Source: Hypanus sabinus (lineage: Eukaryota). Taken from it: a DNA stretch of 64,000 nucleotides. Of this stretch, positions 59,850-64,000 are shown one piece after another (position 1 is the first letter of the stretch; each line of letters begins with the position of its first letter). The stretch lies in NCBI RefSeq assembly GCF_030144855.1, contig NW_026781697.1:1-64000 (forward strand), read 5' to 3'. Under the pieces are notes generated by a model that saw nothing but the letters and a program-made list of their open reading frames with translations, did not search any database and was not told where the DNA came from. Position numbers and translations under genes: made by a program.

Positions 59850-62800
59850 TGCCCGTCTCCGAAAGACTCGCTTATTGCAAGAGAGATCTTTCCAACCGGT
59901 ATCACTACAGCAAACATCGGCTGACTGTCTTTGATCAGGTACCCCATGCAATTCTTAAAGTGAAAGTAAGGAGGCATGTGCTCCAAGGGGACAATGCTAT
60001 GGGGATATAGACACGTCTTGCCCACGGAAGGAAAACTGTTGTTGTAGACGGTCATATTCTGCATTGAGGTCGCTGACCTGTGGTGAGGCTCAGGGAGCGG
60101 TTCTGGCACACCTGCTCTTTGTGATTTTTACAAATGACCTGGGCGAGGAATTGGAGCGATGGGTTAGTAACTTTTCTGATTACACAAAGTTTGGAGTTGT
60201 TGTGGATATTCAGGAGGTCGGCCAGAGGGTACAGAGGGACATTGATAGGATGCAAAACTGCCCTAAGACGAGGCAGATGCAGTTCAACACAGATAAGCTT
60301 GAGGTCGCTCATTTTGGAAGGCCAATTATGATAGCAGCATATAGTATTAACGGAATTAATTAAACAAATAAATAAGTAGCTCCGACGACTCACCAGTTAA
60401 AAGCATGAGGCCACGTGGTCATCACTGCCATTAGACGAAGAGTGCAGAGGCATATTAACATGTTCAACGAAAGTACCAGCGTCTGGAAGACTGAGTGAAA
60501 AGTTGGTAAATGCGAGGTCATCCACCTGGGAAGGGAAAATGGAAGGAGAGAATATTACTGAAATAGTAAACGATTGCAGTATGCTGTTCTGCGGAGGCAC
60601 TTTGGAGTGATTGTGCTTGAATTATAAAAGATTGGTTTGCAGGTGCAACAGCCTAGCACAGGCATGGGCAAACTACGGCCCGGGGGCCATATGCGGCCCG
60701 TTAAGCTTTTTAATCCGGCCCGCAGAACTTGCTGAAATTATATGAATAAACCTTGTTATCGTTTTTTCCCCGCAATTCTGGCGTTTTCCCAGTAGATGAC
60801 GCAGTCTATATACATTGACCTTTGTTGAGGTGCAGCGTATTACTCCACATTTCCGCTTTACTCTTTATTCGGCTCGACCTATTTGTGTGAACAGGCGTTC
60901 AGCGTCATGAACATCAACAAAGCCAGCCACAGATCCAAGTTAACTGACCAACACCTCAGATTCATCCTGAGAATCGCCACAACAAAACTAAACCCAGACT
61001 TTGATGCGCTGGCTAAAATGGGAGACCAACAACACTGTTCCCACTGAAATTAAAAATAAAAGTTTCTTCCTTGTGTTATGTAAAAAATGCATTTGAAAAT
61101 ATTTTTTCAATAAGCGCATTACATGTTACATGTCATTTCTGTTGTGATGGACATGAGTAGTGCGCAGGTGCACGTACGTTCTCAAAATAAAAAAAAATGC
61201 GCTCCAGTTCAAATAACGCGCTCCGCATACTGGCGCGCTGTCACTGTTCTGTCCTTGTGCTGGTCGTTGTTGAGTTTTGGCACAGGGGCAATTGAATAAG
61301 AAGGAGCAAGACAAGTAGACCTGCATCTCCTACCGTTTTTGAAATAAAGACAGTCAGGAGGAGAGTGATGATGATAGTATCTTGAAGGATAACAGAATTT
61401 TCAGTGCTTAAAAATAATAACTGTTACTATTAAAAAGCTTTATTTTATTTATTTAATATTCAGTGTATTAAAAGTCATTTCAATAAATAGCTAAATACCA
61501 TGGGACTTCAAAGACAGATATTTTGTTGTAATGCATTTGTTCATTATCAATTGAAATTAAAGCACATGTTTTCTACATATCCCATGATATTTTATTTTCT
61601 CTTGTGAGGTGTATTACCAAAACACTCCGTCCATCTGCTCCTGGTCAGCCCCCCCTGTCAAATTTTAGAACCCTTTGTGACCCACAAGTCAAAAGGTTTG
61701 CCCACCCCTGGCCTAGCAAATGGGAAGTTCGTCTCTGTTGCCAGAGGGATTGAATTTCAGAGCAGGAAGGTGATGCTGTATCTGCACAAGGTACTGGTGA
61801 GGCGGCATCCGGAGTACTGTGCAGTTCTGGTCTCCCGACTTGAGGATTGTTAAACTATCTGTGTGGGCGGTTCACCAGCTGATTCCAGAGATGAGGTGGT
61901 TCGAATATCAGGTGCAAAGGACTTGAAAGATAAGAGGAAATCTTCTGCGAACATATAAAATTGCGGAAAGGATAGATACGACTGTGGCAGCAAAGTTGTT
62001 TCCACTGGTAGGTGAGACAAATCAACGGGAAACAGCATGTGGATTTAGGACCGTGATGGGGAGGAACATCTTCCTCAGAGGGTAGTGAATCTGTGAAATT
62101 ACCTGCTCAAAGGAAACAGTGGAGGCTACCTCCATAAGTACATTTAAGACTGGCTGGCACTGGTGTTTGCATATTAGGAGAATTAAGGGCTATGGGGAAA
62201 TGGTAGGTAGGCATGATCAGTGGTGGGGAAGTTGTTGGAGAAGAGAGGCAATATTTATGCGAAATTTAGAGAAGATTAATATTACTTTGGCAAGGGCAGA
62301 TCGTGCCTTACGAGCCTGATTTTATTTTTTGCGGATGTGACGAAACACAATGATGAAGGAACAGCAGAAGTAGTGCGTATGGATTTCAGTAAATCATTTG
62401 GTAAGGTACCCCATGCAAGGCTTATTGAGCAAGTAAAGAGGCATGGCATCCAATCGGACACTGCTTAGTGGCTCCAGCACATGGCTTCCCACCGAAGGCA
62501 AAGATTGGTTGTGAACAGGTCATATTCTGCATCGGGGTCTGTGACAATTTCTGTGCCTCAGTGATCTACTGTGGCAACCGTACACTTCGTGATATTGTAA
62601 ATGTCCTGGAAGAGGAAGTGGAGAGATGGATTAGTATATTTGCTGGTGACGCAAAGGTTGGAGGTGTTGTGGATAGTGTAGCGGGCTGTCAGAGGTTACA
62701 GCGAGACATTGATAAGATGCAAAAATGGACAGAGAAGTGGCAGATGTAATACAACTCAGATCAGTCCAAAGTGGCTTATTTTAGTAGATCAAATATTATT

Positions 62801-63540
62801 GCAGATTATAGTAGTAATGGTAAGTCTGTTCGTAGTATGGAGGATCAGAGGGATCTTGGGGTCCGCGTACATAGGGCGCTCAAAGCAGCTGCGCAGGTTG
62901 ACTTGTAGTTAAGAAGGTACATGGTGTATTCACCGTCATTAATAGTTAAATTCGTTTTCGGAGCTGAGAGGTAATATTGCAGCGATTTGGGACCCTGGTT
63001 TGACCCAACCTGGAGTACTTCGCTCAGTTCTCGTCGCCTTGGTACAGGAAGAATGTGGAAGCCATAGAAATGGTGCAGAGCAGAGGAGGCTTACAAGGAT
63101 ATTGCCTGGACAGTGGACATGCCATATGAAAACGGGTTGAATGAAGTCGGCCTTTTCTCCTTGGAGGATGAGGGATGATCTAATAGAGTTCTATCAGATG
63201 ATGAGGTATTAATCGTTTGGATAATCAGAGGGTTTTTCCATGTTCTGAATATGGTTACCTTAAGAGTACAAAGGTTCAAAGTGCATGGTTGTACGTACAG
63301 AGGAGTTGTCATGGGGATTTTTTGTAATGCAGAGAGTTGTGAGTATGTTGAATGTGCTGCCTGTCTACGGTGGTGGAGGCGGACACGAGAGGATCTTTGA
63401 AGAGACTTTTGGAAAGTTATTTTGAGGTTTGAATAATAGAGAGCTGTGGGTCAGCCTCGGTATTCCTCAGTTGGGGACATATTCGGCAAAAATTTGTCGG
63501 TCGAAGAGCCTGCATTGTGCTGTAGGTTTTCTGTATTTCT
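59850..63540 (+). mobile_element. Stack of degenerate CR1 ORF2 fragments in the GPCR-3 intron (homologous to the GPCR-2 intron)
   Basis: AQGAVL..LLFVIFTNDL...FSDYTKFG (about 60085-60195) and later CR1 motifs, colinear with 43700-46430. Confidence 0.8.
60659..61710 (+). mobile_element. Internally deleted hAT transposon (Charlie/Buster group), 1052 bp, with an 8-bp TSD
   Basis: TIRs CAGGCATGGGCAAACT / AGGTTTGCCCACCCCTG and TSD GCCTAGCA (60651-58 and 61711-18). It retains the transposase C-terminus FGSTYLCEQAFSVMNINKASHRSKLTDQHL...QQHCSH* at about 60868-61047. Confidence 0.95.
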
Positions 63541-64000
63541 GTTTCTAGATCCGCCGTGATCACTTTCATTGCTAGATCAGGCCTGCTACAACAGATGGAA
63601 TATTCCTGATACTATTGCTAATCTTCTTATGTTTTCATTTTCTGTCGTGTTTACAGCAGAGGGGACCTGAAATTCTATTAGCGTGATACATGGCATATTA
63701 ATCATTTTATTATTCTCTTGAACCTTCTCGGTCTCAATTCATTTTTCTGACGGTAAAGATCATCATACATTCCAGCAATTCACTAATGTCCCTGATTAGC
63801 CCACAGGACACGGCAGCTGAATATAGCCATTCGAGAACCGAGTCTTCTCCATCATTGCTGATTTATCATCCCTCTAAACCACATTCTGGCGACCACTCCC
63901 CGTATCCACTGACACCCCAAAGAATCAAGAGCCAATCACTCTCCGCTGAAAAACGTTCCAATGAACCGTCCCACGTAGCCGTCTGTGGCAAAAAAAAAAT

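Noticed and set aside
12503-64000. TCR D, J or constant exons downstream of the V segments
   Set aside because: A visual scan found no 12-RSS, no FGxG J motif with a splice donor and no C1-set exon. Small segments hidden in N-gaps cannot be excluded.

Overview
Vertebrate genomic DNA, by inference from a cartilaginous fish and probably a ray (CR1/HER1-type LINEs, HE1-like SINE remnants, chondrichthyan-type two-exon GPR139/142-like receptors). It is a draft scaffold with six N-gaps: 101-293, 7933-8175, 14901-15032, 20124-20262, 27071-27202 and 48908-49213. The window has three zones. (1) 0-14 kb: four T-cell receptor beta V segments resembling mammalian TRBV30, each followed by a 23-bp-spacer RSS, in orientations + - - +. 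One is intact but has a leader with compensating indels, one is intact but has a defective heptamer, and two are frameshifted pseudogenes. I found no D, J or C segment. (2) 17-25 kb and 43-64 kb: three paralogous two-exon class A GPCR genes. One is intact (367 aa), one is damaged, and one runs off the window. They have divergent extracellular loops, near-identical intracellular loops and shared flanks. (3) 28-42 kb: a co-oriented tandem array of about 8 decayed LTR-PBS(tRNA-Pro)-gag units of a Gmr1-like Gypsy element, interrupted by a solo LTR holding a 1.4-kb minisatellite. Elsewhere lie a near full-length CR1, many CR1 and Rex/Babar fragments, a Tc1 remnant, a TSD-flanked hAT element and a Penelope-type minimal hammerhead ribozyme motif. 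Family assignments rest on motif recognition by eye, not on database searches.
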